This document shows, in pieces, positions 1-12,333 of a stretch of DNA of 64,000 nucleotides. Below the pieces are notes generated by a model. The model was not told the DNA's origin. It saw only the letters and a program-made list of their open reading frames with translations, and did no database searches. The stretch comes from Glycera tridactyla (taxonomy: Eukaryota). A program made the position numbers and the translations under genes. Location: NCBI GenBank assembly GCA_965644265.1, contig OZ286461.1, positions 66,898,001 through 66,962,000 on the forward strand, read 5' to 3'. Position 1 is the first letter of the stretch. Each line of letters begins with the position of its first letter.

Positions 1-358
1 TGCCTTNNNNNNNNNNNNNNNNNNNNNNNNNNNNNNNNNNNNNNNNNNNNNNNNNNNNNNNNNNNNNNNNNNNNNNNNNNNNNNNNNNNNNNNNNNNNNN
101 NNNNNNNNNNNNNNNNNNNNNNNNNNNNNNNNNNNNNNNNNNNNNNNNNNNNNNNNNNNNNNNNNNNNNNTGTGACCTTGTTCGGCCACCCATCCATCCA
201 TCCACTCATCTTTCCGTCCGTTCATCCGTCTACCAGTCCGACCATCTGTCCATCCGCCAATATCATCTATCTATCTATCCACCCACCCATCCATTCACTC
301 AACCATCAAGCCTGCCTGTCTGTCTGTCTGTTATCGCTATCATAGCCATCCATTGCTT

Positions 359-398
<40 letters not shown>

Positions 399-563
399 GT
401 ACGTGCCCACACCAGAAAGATCCACCACTTGTAAAGCATTCTCAAGGAATGATACTCGAAATATCATTATACCTATGAAATTCATCGTTGAGGGCCAGAA
501 AGGTGCATCTACAATGATACCTCTTGAAGCTTATTACATGGGCGTCTCGATATAGCCACTCAC

Positions 564-649
564 CTGTATTCCCTTGGCAAGTTCAATAGCACCAACAGGT
601 CGGAAGTGATTCCAGCTCAAGTCAAGAGATCGCAGCGTTTCGTTATTAC
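564..649 (-). CDS. LRRC74: LRRC74-like LRR gene exon (G-NNETLRSLDLSWNHFRPVGAIELAKGIQ)
   Basis: Acceptor cttgcag| at 650-651, donor |gtgagt at 563; 86 bp, phase 1 to 0; RI-like LRR with LDLSWN motif; phase matches the preceding exon. Confidence 0.85.
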
Positions 650-1280
650 CTGCAAGTATGGATGGGCTCGTTTACTAGCCATATGACACGCTCCAAATCA
701 ATCCTCATCAAATATATATGCTGGATGTGTATTAAATGGCATGCATCTGATAATAGCTGATGGACATGCATGGGTTTGGTAGGGGAAATGAGGATCAATG
801 TGGCAATGATAACTTCACCATGACCTATGGATTACTGGGAAGGAACAATCCTCCGTCATATACTGTGAGTACTAGTCCTCACATTTTATCTAGGTCACCC
901 AGTTTCAACTATCATGAAATAATCACTTTCGGTATTCAAAGAAAGCGGTAGTTAGTAGCGGTAGCATTGACATTGGCATTAGCAGTGGCAGTAGCATTGG
1001 TGATGCCTTAGANNNNNNNNNNNNNNNNNNNNNNNNNNNNNNNNNNNNNNNNNNNNNNNNNNNNNNNNNNNNNNNNNNNNNNNNNNNNNNNNNNNNNNNN
1101 NNNNNNNNNNNNNNNNNNNNNNNNNNNNNNNNNNNNNNNNNTAGTAGTGAGAGTAGCTTCGGTTTATCTTCATTATTTGGTTTTTTAATGAGAAAAACGT
1201 TCTGTTTTCGCCTAACGGTACACAAAGGTGAATGCTCTGGGTTGATACATGCTGTTAGACCTCAAACAAACAATACTCAC

Positions 1281-1362
1281 CGATGGCAGTACCAAGATGG
1301 CTGGCGGATTTGTCCCCCAGCATATTGTGACTCAGATTCAGCGTTGTGAGCCGCCGATTGTG
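1281..1362 (-). CDS. LRRC74: LRRC74-like exon (HNRRLTTLNLSHNMLGDKSASHLGTAI)
   Basis: Acceptor catcttcag|, donor |gtgagt; 82 bp, phase 0 to 1; LRR LNLSHN. Confidence 0.85.
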
Positions 1363-1487
1363 CTGAAGATGTGAAAATTGTGGAAAAGAAACGTCACTCA
1401 TGAGCATTCTTATTGAATTCCGTGATACTTAGTTTCTGGTAGATTGCTTATTGCATATTGCTTTCGGTCCCCAGACATTTGTACATA

Positions 1488-1648
1488 CAGTCGAACCTGT
1501 CTTTAAAGACCACCTTCGGTCGCATCAAGAAGTCTTTATAGGTGGGTGGTCATTTACTATTGCAAATACTATCATGGTCGCAGCTCAAGACGGTCTTTAT
1601 AGGTAGGTGGTCTTTATAGAGAGGTGGTCTTTAGAGCAGGCTCGACTG
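1488..1648. mobile_element. MITE family 1 (TIR CAGTCGAACCT, Tc1/mariner-pogo-like)
   Basis: TA-CAGTCGAACCT ... AGGCTCGACTG; internal ACCACCT/CTTTAT subrepeats; many copies in window. Confidence 0.7.
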
Positions 1649-1722
1649 CACTTCAGTTTTTATCTCATGAGAGGGAAGGGAGTACCTTTCTGTTAGAGAT
1701 GTGATTGTCATTATATATCTAT

Positions 1723-1950
1723 CTAATCATCTGGCCACCCATTCTGTTGTGTGTGTGTTTGTGCTGCTGTGCAAAATGCATTGTCCTCATAAGTGCTAGG
1801 ATGGAGCATTGAAGGCACTTTCAGGATGATGGCTTGGTGGGATCGTGGACTCAAGCCTGATCGCCTGTGCACTTTGAGTAGGTTTTGAATATACCATGGT
1901 GCCATGACGTGCAGTGATTTATATGTGAGCAACAGAATCTTGTAGACACA
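1723..1950 (-). mobile_element. L2/CR1-group LINE ORF2 C-terminal fragment
   Basis: LTYKSLHxxAPxYIxxLL...LKVP...TYxxxAFxxAA resembles the conserved end of L2/CR1-type ORF2; no upstream RT retained. Confidence 0.6.
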
Positions 1951-2775
1951 TCTTTTCTGAATACAGGTAGCCAGTGCAAGTTTCTCAGCACTGATCTGAT
2001 GTGGTGGTTGGTTGGAAACAACTATAATCTATCCATCTATCTGTCCATTCTCNNNNNNNNNNNNNNNNNNNNNNNNNNNNNNNNNNNNNNNNNNNNNNNN
2101 NNNNNNNNNNNNNNNNNNNNNNNNNNNNNNNNNNNNNNNNNNNNNNNNNNNNNNNNNNNNNNNNNNNNNNNNNNNNNNNNNNNNNNACTAGTTTCTTCGT
2201 CCAGGGCTCACTATCGTGTTCCATGGACCCTGACCATCCATGTATGCCGATTATATGTGTCTTGAAGGGATGATTTGGAGAACGTCTGATCATTACTTTC
2301 TAGTATGGACAAACGTAATATCGACTCCTCAGCACTCAATGACAGTGCTATTGATTCGAACTATTCTGAGGTACTGCGGACTGCTTTTTAATGATGCAAA
2401 AACAGTTGTTGCGTCGTAATTATTCACCGGATAGCGTAGTGTAATCAACATAAAAGAATGGACTGGATACTACAAGGTGCACCTGTGAAGAATACATCGA
2501 GATTACAGACGGTAAGGGCTTAAGAGAATAGGCTGCAAATTTCAAATCACACAGGTGCAGCATCTCCAGAACTCACAGACCTTGATTTCTATATGTGATA
2601 ATGGGATTGATTCACATGGCTTCCACTAGGGCAGATATTTTAGCCACTGTGTCACGCAGTGAACATTGGATCAGTTCACTGGCCTCCACGTGATCACTTA
2701 AGGGTGCAATCATACAACCAAGAGAGCTCACTGCAATGTCACCTTGAGATCACCCCTCCCCCTTGATGTACTCAC

Positions 2776-2825
2776 CGTGATGACGTCACAGAACGCCTCA
2801 CCCTCAGAGTCTTTAAAATTGTTTC
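2776..2825 (-). CDS. LRRC74: LRRC74-like exon (G-NNFKDSEGEAFCDVIT)
   Basis: Acceptor gattgacag|, donor |gtgagt; 50 bp, phase 1 to 0; completes the LSG-N LRR begun in the 5533-5626 exon. Confidence 0.85.
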
Positions 2826-3739
2826 CTGTCAATCACAAAGATATGTATAAATACATTTTACCTTCGCTATAGAAATGTAGAAAAGTGTAAATGTAGTGGT
2901 TAATAGCCTGGTATCCTCAGCAAGTTCACCCAGCTTTACAATCACATTCCTTGGCAGGCCGGTTCAAGTTTGAGCGTTTCTTATCTCCCTTGGGGGTATA
3001 CAGCCATGGGCACAGGGTTAACAGCATGGATTAAGCACTCTACAATCACCATCACTGCCTATATGCCAAGTACCCATTCACATCTGGGTGAAGTGATTTG
3101 GTGGAGTACAGAGGTTCCACTCGGTTACCTCCCCACAGAGGTGCCTCCTTAGTGACTCGTGTATATCATACAGATCTGTGTAATGGTGCAGGCCGGTATG
3201 GAATGGTGAACCTTGTCAATTCTGGTCACCCATCCAAGGAGGAGCCATGCTCAGTTTTGCCAACAGTACTGCTCATTGGAGTATATGGACCTAACTCGCC
3301 GTATATGATATAGAAGTAATGATACATGGATATATCATAAAGGCTTGTATGGTGATGTTTTGAATAACTCAGCGGGGATGTATTTCTCAAAAGATTCCCT
3401 GAGACTATATTTTTGATGATGGCAGTGAATATTTTTTTGGATGTGACTCTTCGCGATTATGTTAGTCTCCATCCCTACATTATCAGCATCGATTTTGAGT
3501 TCGGGGATGGGACAGTGAAGACCTTTCCAAGATTGGTGCCTGATCGTATTCCAGAAATGAACTGGCTTGCGTTCGAACTTGACTGCCTGACAAGATTGGG
3601 TCAAATGCGAAGAATTTCCTGGAATGGTGAATCATATTTCTGTTCGTTCTATGTCAGGTAGTAATATAGGAAGAATCCCTAACCATTGGTGGTTTGGACA
3701 ATGATACACACGAGAGAGATCATGATGGAGCAATATTTC

Positions 3740-4260
3740 GATACTGCTCCTCCTGCCCTAAGGGACCAGAGGTCCCAAGGGATACTGCTTCTCCTGCCCT
3801 AAGGGACCACAGGTCCCAATGGATGTTGCTCTTCCTGCCCTAAGAGACCACAGGTTCAAAGGGATACTGCTCCTCCTGCCCTAAGGGACCACAGGTCCAA
3901 AGGGATACTGCTCCTCTTGTCCTGAGGGACCAGAGGTCCCGAGAGATACTGCTCCTTCTGTACTAAGAGACCAGAGATCCGAAGGGATACTGCTCCTCCT
4001 GCCCTAAGGGACCACAGGTCCCAATGGATACTGCTCCTCTAGCATTAAGAAACCAGAGATCCAAAGGGATACTGCTCGTCTTGCACTAAGGGACCACAGG
4101 TCCCAAGGAATATGGCTCCCCCTGCATCAAGAGACCAGAGGTCCCGATGGATACTGCTCCTTCTGCATTAAGGGACCATTACGGATACTGCTCCATTTGC
4201 ACTAAGGGACCAGGGGTCCCGAGGGATATTGCTCCTCTTGCACTAAGGGACCAGAGGATG
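3740..4260. repeat. Tandem minisatellite, about 41-bp unit, about 12 copies
   Basis: Unit gatactgctcctcctgccctaagggaccacaggtcccaagg repeated with substitutions. Confidence 0.9.
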
Positions 4261-5532
4261 CTGCTCTCTGTTGCATGCCTCAGTCAATAATCCATGCCTC
4301 GATTTGAAGCCTACCCCCATACCTCATCTTCCCACTCCAACATAAAGTCAAGAGACCGGTCACACGAGGTATTCTGGCCAGGTGGTATTGCAAGTAATAA
4401 CATATACCCCTTTATTACATAGAAACCTGCTCTAATGTTACCAAAGTGGTTTGGGAAAGTTGAATGAGATCACATTGGCAATGAAAAGCCAGATCGTGCA
4501 GGTAGTGAAATGACTCAAGTCTTGCGAGGTCTCCGAGCAGCATGATTCCTTTGTACTGGCACTCTAGGCCCCTAGCTACGACATTCACTGCGTAGAATGC
4601 ATGAGTTGAGTCTTACACCATGGACGAGCCACACTGAACAACGTTGTTTACAACTGGGAGTATGGTTCCCACTTGAATGCGTGACTAAAATAGACATGAT
4701 TCACCATTCAAAAACGGACCTGCACCATTACACAGACCTTTGTCCTTCTGAATAAGGGGGAACCTCTGTTGGAATATATTACATTGAAACCTCTGTACTC
4801 CATTCAACCCAGGTGCGCTTGATTGTAAAATGTTATTGTGCATTTATATAGCGCTACATCCTCGTGGAGCTCACTTTACAATGTTACTCACCTGAAAAAA
4901 AAAACACAATATGGGTACCCTGCTATAGGCAGTAATAGTGATTGCCTAGCCAATGCGATACCATTTATGTGATTTGAGTTGTATGATCCGCGAGGAGGGT
5001 GAGAAAGGCTCACGGTTGGATAAGTTTGCCATGGAATATAATTGTAATGTCGAGCGGGCTTTCTAAGGGTGGGAAATTGTAAACGACCTCATTTGCATTG
5101 AATATACTCTGTGTTATCAAGTCGACTTCTGAAGAAGGCGATGTGGAACTATGCACTCAGCTAAGTGTGCAGTCACACCTGGATAAAGAGCAGTAGTGAA
5201 GTACACAAAGTTCACGAAGTTACCCCCGCACAGAGCTCCTTCCATAGTAGGAAGCGCACCTCATATATATAGATCTGTGCATGGATTGGTACAAACCGGT
5301 AGCTATCTGTGTGATATTAAGTGTAGGATATGACATATTGCGATGATATCTGTGAAGTATTTACCTGGGAGGTTGATAAAGGAAGGGTGGTAAAGTTCCA
5401 CCGAAGTTGCTCCACACAGAGGTATTTCCATAGTGAAAAGTGCAGACCATGTAGATCTGTCTATATATTTGTACGAGCTGGTACCTATCTGTGTGATATG
5501 AGTTTCTGGTATGATATTTGTGAAATATTTAC

Positions 5533-5626
5533 CTGAGAGGTTAATATTTGTTATCACTTGGTTGATAAGTAACATGTCTGTGAGTACAGCAGCACCGTGA
5601 CTTCCGATTTTGTTGTCTGCCAGGCT
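5533..5626 (-). CDS. LRRC74: LRRC74-like exon (SLADNKIGSHGAAVLTDMLLINQVITNINLS-G)
   Basis: Acceptor caattgcag|, donor |gtaaat; 94 bp, phase 0 to 1; inside ORF 5303..5743. Confidence 0.85.
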
Positions 5627-5979
5627 CTGCAATTGAGAGTGCAATACCATTATGGATCGATACAAAAAATGCAATACGATATGATTTTTCTTAAGTACGA
5701 TACGGAACAGTTTAACACATCGCGAAACAATACGATACAACACAATTCTATTCCCCTGAACAATATTCCCACTGTTCGTATTATAACACCATTCTGGTGT
5801 AGGGCTAGGATCTTCACTGGTTTCTCGGTCACACCTACATTGGATTAACCTGATACACCTGACCAGGTATTCCCCCTATCTCCCTGATGATTTCCCCTGA
5901 CATCAGAGTGGTGGTGTTAAGTTGACACCGGCTTCAGAGTCATTTTCGACACCAGTTTGTAACACGGATGATGTTGTGC

Positions 5980-7305
5980 CATTCAGACCTATCCTATTCC
6001 CAGTGTAGGAGAAAATGTTCATTATTAACGGCATGATGATCATGCTGACAACCACCCTGATTGAATATTATGACTATATCTGGGCACTGACTAGTATCAC
6101 CGATGATGGTTTCCAGTTAACACCTATCCTTCTCTAAATGTAGGAGGAAATGTCCAATAGTCACTCCATGATGATCATGCCGACACACACCCTGGTTGAA
6201 CATCATGACTATATCTAGACACTGACTGATGTTGTCCAGTTAACACCTATCCTTCTCTAAATGTAGGAGGGAATGTTCAATAGTCACTCCATGATGATCA
6301 TGCCGACACACACCCTGATTGAATATCATGACTATATCTGGACACTGACTAGTATCACCGATGATGGTGTCCAGTTAACACCTATCCTTCTCTAAATGTA
6401 GGGGGGAATGTTCAATAGTCACTCCAGGATGATCATGCTGACAACCACCCTGATTGAATATCATGACTATAACTGGGCACTGGCTAGTATCACCGATGAT
6501 GGTGTCCAGTTAACACCTATCCTTCTATAAATGTAGGAGGAAATGTTCAATAGTCACTCCATGATGATCATGCTGACAACCACCCTGATTGAATATCATG
6601 ACTATATCTGGGCACTGACTAGTATCGCCGATGATGGTGTCCAGTTAACACCTATCCTTCTATAAATGTAGGAGGAAATGTTCAATAGTCACTCCATGAT
6701 GATCATGCTGACACACACCCTGATTGAATATCATGACTATATCTGGGCACTGACTAGTATCGCCGATGATGGTGTCCAGTTAACACCTATCCTTCTATAA
6801 ATGTAGGAGGGAATGTTCAATAGTCACTCCATGATGATCATGCTGACACACACCCTGATTGAATATCATGACTTTATCTGGACACTGACTAGTATCGCCG
6901 ATGATGGTGTCCAGTTAACACCTATCCTTCTATAAATGTAGGAGGAAATGTTCAATAGTCACTCCATGATGATCATGCTGACAACCACCCTGATTGAATA
7001 TCATGACTATATCTGGGCACTGGCTAGTATCACCGATGATGGTGTCCAGTTAACACCTATCCTTCTCTAAATGTTGGAGGAAATGTTCAATAGTCACTCC
7101 AGGATGATCATGCCGACAAACACCCTGATTGAATATCATGACTATAACTGGGCACTGACTAGTATCACCGATGATGGTGTCCAGTTAACACCTATCCTTC
7201 TCTAAATGTTGGAGGAAATGTTCAATAGTCACTCCATGATGATCATGCTGACAAACACCCTGATTGAATATCATGACTGTCTGGGCATCAGTCAGTATCA
7301 CCGAT
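5980..7305. repeat. Tandem array, 135-bp unit, about 10 copies
   Basis: Anchor ccagttaacacc at 6371, 6506, 6641, 6776, 6911, 7046, 7181 (period 135); stop codons in the frames I translated. Confidence 0.95.
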
Positions 7306-8115
7306 GAAGAAGACAATCTTCAATACCCCCCCCCCCCCTCTATGCTGATCATGCAGACACACGGAGCCAGATCGAATATCATGTCTATCTATACTCATAC
7401 TGAGTAATGACCAGCCCAATTACTAATGACCATATGAGGTGAATTTCGTGGAATCAGATCTATTCCAGCTATTTTTTTGACGAAAGTTGGAATTTGGGTC
7501 CGATATGGCTGGTACCATCTGAATCGTAGTGGGAAAGCGGGCAGTGGCTGTTGAAAGCATCTGGCTGCTCACGATAAGGTAGTCAAACTTGTCCTGAGCA
7601 TGCACTCAAGGGAAGGTACAGAGGACATGCTTAGAGCAGGTATATGCTTAGTAGATTTGAAAAAAGGGGAAATGCCTACAGCGGGGTGAATCCTGCTACA
7701 TGATCTATTGATTGCATTTACACTTTTAAATAAAGCTAGAGATTCGACATTACTATATAAGGTGCTCACGTGTCAATCTGTGATTACTACTGTGTCAAAC
7801 CTGTCTACAAAATGTCGAAATATACAAACTCGAGGTTGTCTGAATATAAGATGTTTAATATCATGATCAGAAGCCAGGGGTACATCGTATACATCCTTTT
7901 TAATCACCCATCATCATTTCAGTTCATCCCATCCATATTGCACATGATCATCTCATAATTCGCTCGTATGTAATGTGTTCACATGATTGTTGTCGTCATC
8001 CTGGAGACGAATACTGCCCTATCTGTATTTAACTGTCATGGCGAAAAAAAATAGAGTTGTTTGAGTTTGAGTTAAGAAACGATTTTGCTTGGTGCAGTGC
8101 ATGCTTAGGACAGGT

Positions 8116-9760
8116 TTCAATTCAATTCAATTCAATAATCTTTTATTTTTTCTCGCAAAGTACATATTTACAGTGCACAGTTAGCCCCAGAGAGGCTTTT
8201 TACGGAACACGCGAGAAGAGACAACATAGTGAACAAATTAGAACATATTTACAGGCACATGCACAGTGGTCAAATTATTTACACACACTCATACAAGCAC
8301 TCAGACACATATATTCTTAGCATTCATATCCCAAAAAATAAACAATCACTCACACACTCATTCGTACATGCATCCTGAACTGTTCTCTCATTGAAAACCT
8401 AAGAATAGTAGGGAGGATTAGGGATAGTATATCAATTTAATGGATATATACATAAATGGGGTCCGGGGCAAGACCCAACTGGTTCTTGGTGTTCTAGTAT
8501 ATTTTAGATTGGAGTCATTCTTCTTGTAATTTCAATATAAAGCCTTAGCCTATATTTCACAAATAATCTATGTGATAGTGCCTAATTCCCATGGAGCCTT
8601 ATTCTGTGAAATTTGTATCTTAAAAACATCAAGTGATGGTAAGTTCCTCATATTTTCATCTAACGAATTGCAGATTTTCGCACCTCTAAAGAAAAAAATT
8701 CCTTGTGACTTTGTTAGTCGGAGTCTTGGTACTTCGAGCTTCCTTTGCCTACTTGCACGAGTGTTTCTAGTATGGCGATTTTCAATGTACTTAAATTTAT
8801 TTCTAATTTCGGGTGGTGCTTCACTTAATTTCAAAGATTTGTATACGAAGATAGACATGTGTTTTTTTTCTACGTAGGGTAAGGGTGTCAAGACCAAGTT
8901 CCTTATGTAAACTCGAGCTAGGAGTGGATTTATCTTTCATTAAAATAGTTCTGACCGCACAGTTCTGGATGCGTTGCAGCATACATGAGTCAAGCTGTAA
9001 TAAATTATCATAAACAATATCGCAGTAGTCAAACATGGGGGCAACCAGACTTTTATATAACATAAGCGAGGTTGATTGATCTAGGATGGGTCTTAGTCTC
9101 CCCAAATATTTTACTTTACCGATTGTTTTACTTTTAATGTAATTTGCATGTTGATCGAATCTGAGATGGCTATCGATTTTGGCACCTAGGTATTTAAATG
9201 TGTTCACCTTTTTAATCTCTCTGCCCCCATATTCGACTACTACTTCATCAAAATTACGTAACATAGACGGTGTGCCAAACAACATAAACTGAGTTTTGTC
9301 GATGTTCAACATGAGCTTGTTTGTTTCTAACCAGGTTGCTACCAATGACAAATTTCTATTTAGGACAACTTGCATATCTGCCATGGACGCCGACGAATAT
9401 GACAACGCAGTATCATCTGCATAAAGGTGGACATTCATTTGCTCAAACAAATCAGGCATATCATTAATATACATGGTGAACAGTAGTGGCCCCAGGATTG
9501 ATCCCTGGGGCACACCACAGTTCACAGGCATAGGTTTCGAGATGACTCCGTTGGTTTTCGTTGAGCATGTACGGTCTGTAAGATATGATTTGACCCACTG
9601 GATAGCATTCTTGCAAAAACCAAAACTTTTTAGTTTATTACATAATACCTCGTGATTGACTGTATCAAATGCCTTGAGGAGGTCCAGGAAGAGAACTCCA
9701 CTGGGACACCCCCGCTCAAGTCAAGGTTTGACTGTAGATGGCGCATGGTGATAACTGACC
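8116..9760 (-). mobile_element. 5'-truncated CR1/L2-group (Crack/Daphne-like) LINE, RT C-terminal half, 3' UTR and (TTGAA)n tail
   Basis: LFLDLLKAFDTVNH (about 9640-9700), GVPQGSILGPLLF and HLYADDT in ORF 8821..9531; frameshift near 8.9 kb into 8568..8897; (ttcaa)x4 at 8116-8135 on +. Confidence 0.9.
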
Positions 9761-10157
9761 GACGTCAATGACTATTATGGTGTTAATCACCGATTCAAGA
9801 GGTAATGATTGGTAAGTGCTGGAGGAAAGAGCCTATTGAATCTTCAGAGAGGCTGGATGTCAGTGATTAAATAAGACACTAGAGGATGAGGGTGATATAT
9901 AATTCATCTATCCAGAATCTGAAGGAGACTACTGGGCGAGTCATCGAGTGGGATCGTGAGATTTCGATGACAGATATTGCCTCTGTTAGTGAATCCACCC
10001 GCCATATCCTTTGTGCTCAAAAATAAACGGTTCTCAACTCAACTCAATTCTTTACTCCTCCAATTACGGCATCAAGTTTCATGTATATGAAAAAATAGTT
10101 TTATTCCTTTGCTCATGAATGCGAGTATAGATGAAAATAGTTGTCACCTTCTTATTT

Positions 10158-10165
10158 CGGATATG

Positions 10166-10214
<49 letters not shown>
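10158..10214. repeat. (TA)n microsatellite
   Basis: Direct reading. Confidence 0.95.
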
Positions 10215-10216
<2 letters not shown>

Positions 10217-10517
10217 TCACATGGATGTAACATTTTCAGCTAAGTATCAGGTGTGGAGTATTGCGTGTGATACTTATCAGCTGGGCGATAACTACTTTCT
10301 GAAGATTTCTCCCATAATTCATGTGATAGAAGCAAGAATATATGTCCGTGAGTTTGTATTTCTCTGGATGTCACTCGGCCTCTGGCCTCGTGACATCCAG
10401 CGAAATTCACACCTTGTTTGGTATTGCGTTTTTACTTCACGGCCATATACTCTTGCTATAATATGTACGTATTTCTGCATGTGTGAGTAAGTTTATTTTG
10501 TCGTGTGTATATGAATA

Positions 10518-10695
10518 CAGTCGAATCTTCTCCATGGACCACCTCTCTATAGATACCCCCTCTCTATGAAGGCCACCCTAAGCTGCGACCGTGGTAGTAT
10601 CTTCAACATTAAATTACCTCTCTTTAAAGACCGCCTGCCTATATAGGCCATCATTTGATGCGACCGAAGGCGGTCCTTATAGACAGGTTCGACTG
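10518..10695. mobile_element. MITE family 1 copy
   Basis: TA|CAGTCGAATCT ... AGGTTCGACTG|TA (TA target duplication). Confidence 0.8.
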
Positions 10696-10834
10696 TATAT
10701 TCATTTGTTCATCAGTTACTTGTGTTGATATCCCACCTCGTGTATGCTGGAGAAAGCTATTCCTTATTCCGCATATCGTATTTGTATATGTCACGAGTAA
10801 AAACAAAGATGATTCAATTCAATTCATAACTCAC

Positions 10835-10942
10835 CACCGTGTGAATCCGGCGATTGTCAGATAACAACATGGCCAGATATCCAGCTCCTTTGGGTCCCAC
10901 CTCATTCCCGTCCAGACACAGCTCCCCCACTGTCTTATTTTC
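10835..10942 (-). CDS. LRRC74: LRRC74-like exon (ENKTVGELCLDGNEVGPKGAGYLAMLLSDNRRIHTV)
   Basis: Acceptor gactttcag|, donor |gtgagt; 108 bp, phase 0 to 0; RI-like LRR. Confidence 0.85.
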
Positions 10943-11112
10943 CTGAAAGTCATAAAAAACAATTGTGGTTGAATCAAAATGAACAGAAGAATGTGGCTGG
11001 ATCAAAATCGAATCAACAAAAATCATGCAGAGTCACATTTCCAACAACCTCAGCCTGCAACCCTGGTTTGTGAAAGTGATGCCCTCAGGAAACAGTGCAT
11101 CCAGCTTACATA

Positions 11113-11553
11113 TAAACTCTGTCAAATCCAAATGTGGCGGGTACGTTTCAGGCGCTAACTTCGTCAATTCTCGTCTGATTCGACCTTTAAAGGCACAAAT
11201 GTATTGTACAGATCTTCCGGCGATTAGCGAACCCAGTCTCGGGTGGTATGTATGCTTCAGAAGAGGATCACGCCATCATTTCATTGCATTTTTGGCGAAT
11301 CCGCCGCCATTATCGGCGATTATTTGTCTGCAAAACAGTGGCGTTACGGCTGCCGCACTCACCACGAAACCAGGGTGAAATCGACATATTTGGCGTTCTA
11401 AGGTGAAATATACAAGTGAACCTCGCCGATATTACATATCTAGTCGTCGGAGATGTGAACAATGTATGTCAGCCAGTCTCATTTCAATCCGATGCGAAAT
11501 CATGATGCTAGGGTGAAAAACATGCCCGCTACGATTAAGCTTGACAGACTTTA
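11113..11553 (+). mobile_element. MITE family 2 (about 440 bp, imperfect 35-bp TIRs)
   Basis: Left TAAACTCTGTCAAATCCAAATGTGGCGGGTACGTTT versus reverse complement of right end TAAAGTCTGTCAAGCTTAATCGTAGCGGGCATGTTT; further full or partial copies near 28.3-28.5, 41.15, 42.1-42.36, 49.1-49.5, 50.0-50.8, 51.6-52.0, 53.35-53.55, 54.1 and 57.1-57.9 kb. Confidence 0.8.
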
Positions 11554-12333
11554 GTATGGCTCATTCAGGTTATTGTATGTGGGTAGACGTGTGTCAAAAC
11601 GATCTTGGTATTTAGGGATGACGATTGTTGGGAATAATGCATTGAACCACATGGTACACAATTTCTTGGGAATAATGAATGCCGCTGAATCCCAACCAAC
11701 CAATCAATCAATCAAGGTGGGTAGGTGAATGTACGTGAATATTAATCACAACTTGAATTCTTGCGCACCTATCGTAAACAAACGCCAACGTTCTCCAACT
11801 TTCGCCGATCCCTGTGGCGGATGATAGCAAGAAACAACACCAGTTGAAGGTGTGAGAATCTTTCACTTGATTGGATTGGCTTCCTTCAACTGGCATTGTT
11901 TCTTGCTTTTCTACCACAGATTGATTCCAAATATAAAGTTCCTGCATAGATATAATGTACCTTAGTTGCCGAATGTCTCTGAAACACTGAGAAATTGATA
12001 AATATATCAACAAAGAAGCAGAGTTTTCACTCAAACGAGCTAGGAACCTGCAAGTAGGCTTGATGAACAGAGCAGATGATGGGAAATTCAGCATTGTATT
12101 TTATCTGTGTGTAGAACCTGAATTTGTGCCATATGATCCAAAAATGAATGTGATAGGAATTATTTTACAGACTTGACTTCGCCTGCTCTGCCGGCTGCAG
12201 ATTGGTGTCAATTTCAAAGGTTGGTGTTAATTTCGGGAGTGTCACGCTTGACTGCTGCCTCCTTCACTGTGTGAAAGGGATCAGTATTCTTTCAGATCCC
12301 TCTCTTTCACTGAAAACGACACATCTGTGATAG

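Noticed and set aside
400-475. Minus-strand LENALQVVDLSG as the next LRR exon
   Set aside because: No clean phase-0 acceptor giving this frame, weak donor, and it lacks the Asn of the LRR consensus; left unassigned
7423-7769. ORFs with SSVPSLEC, faintly like the hAT dimerisation motif
   Set aside because: Too short and degenerate; no other transposase motifs nearby
11708-12094. 128-aa minus-strand ORF next to the Ngaro left end
   Set aside because: No recognisable motif or splice signals, and the exon chain is already phase-complete without it
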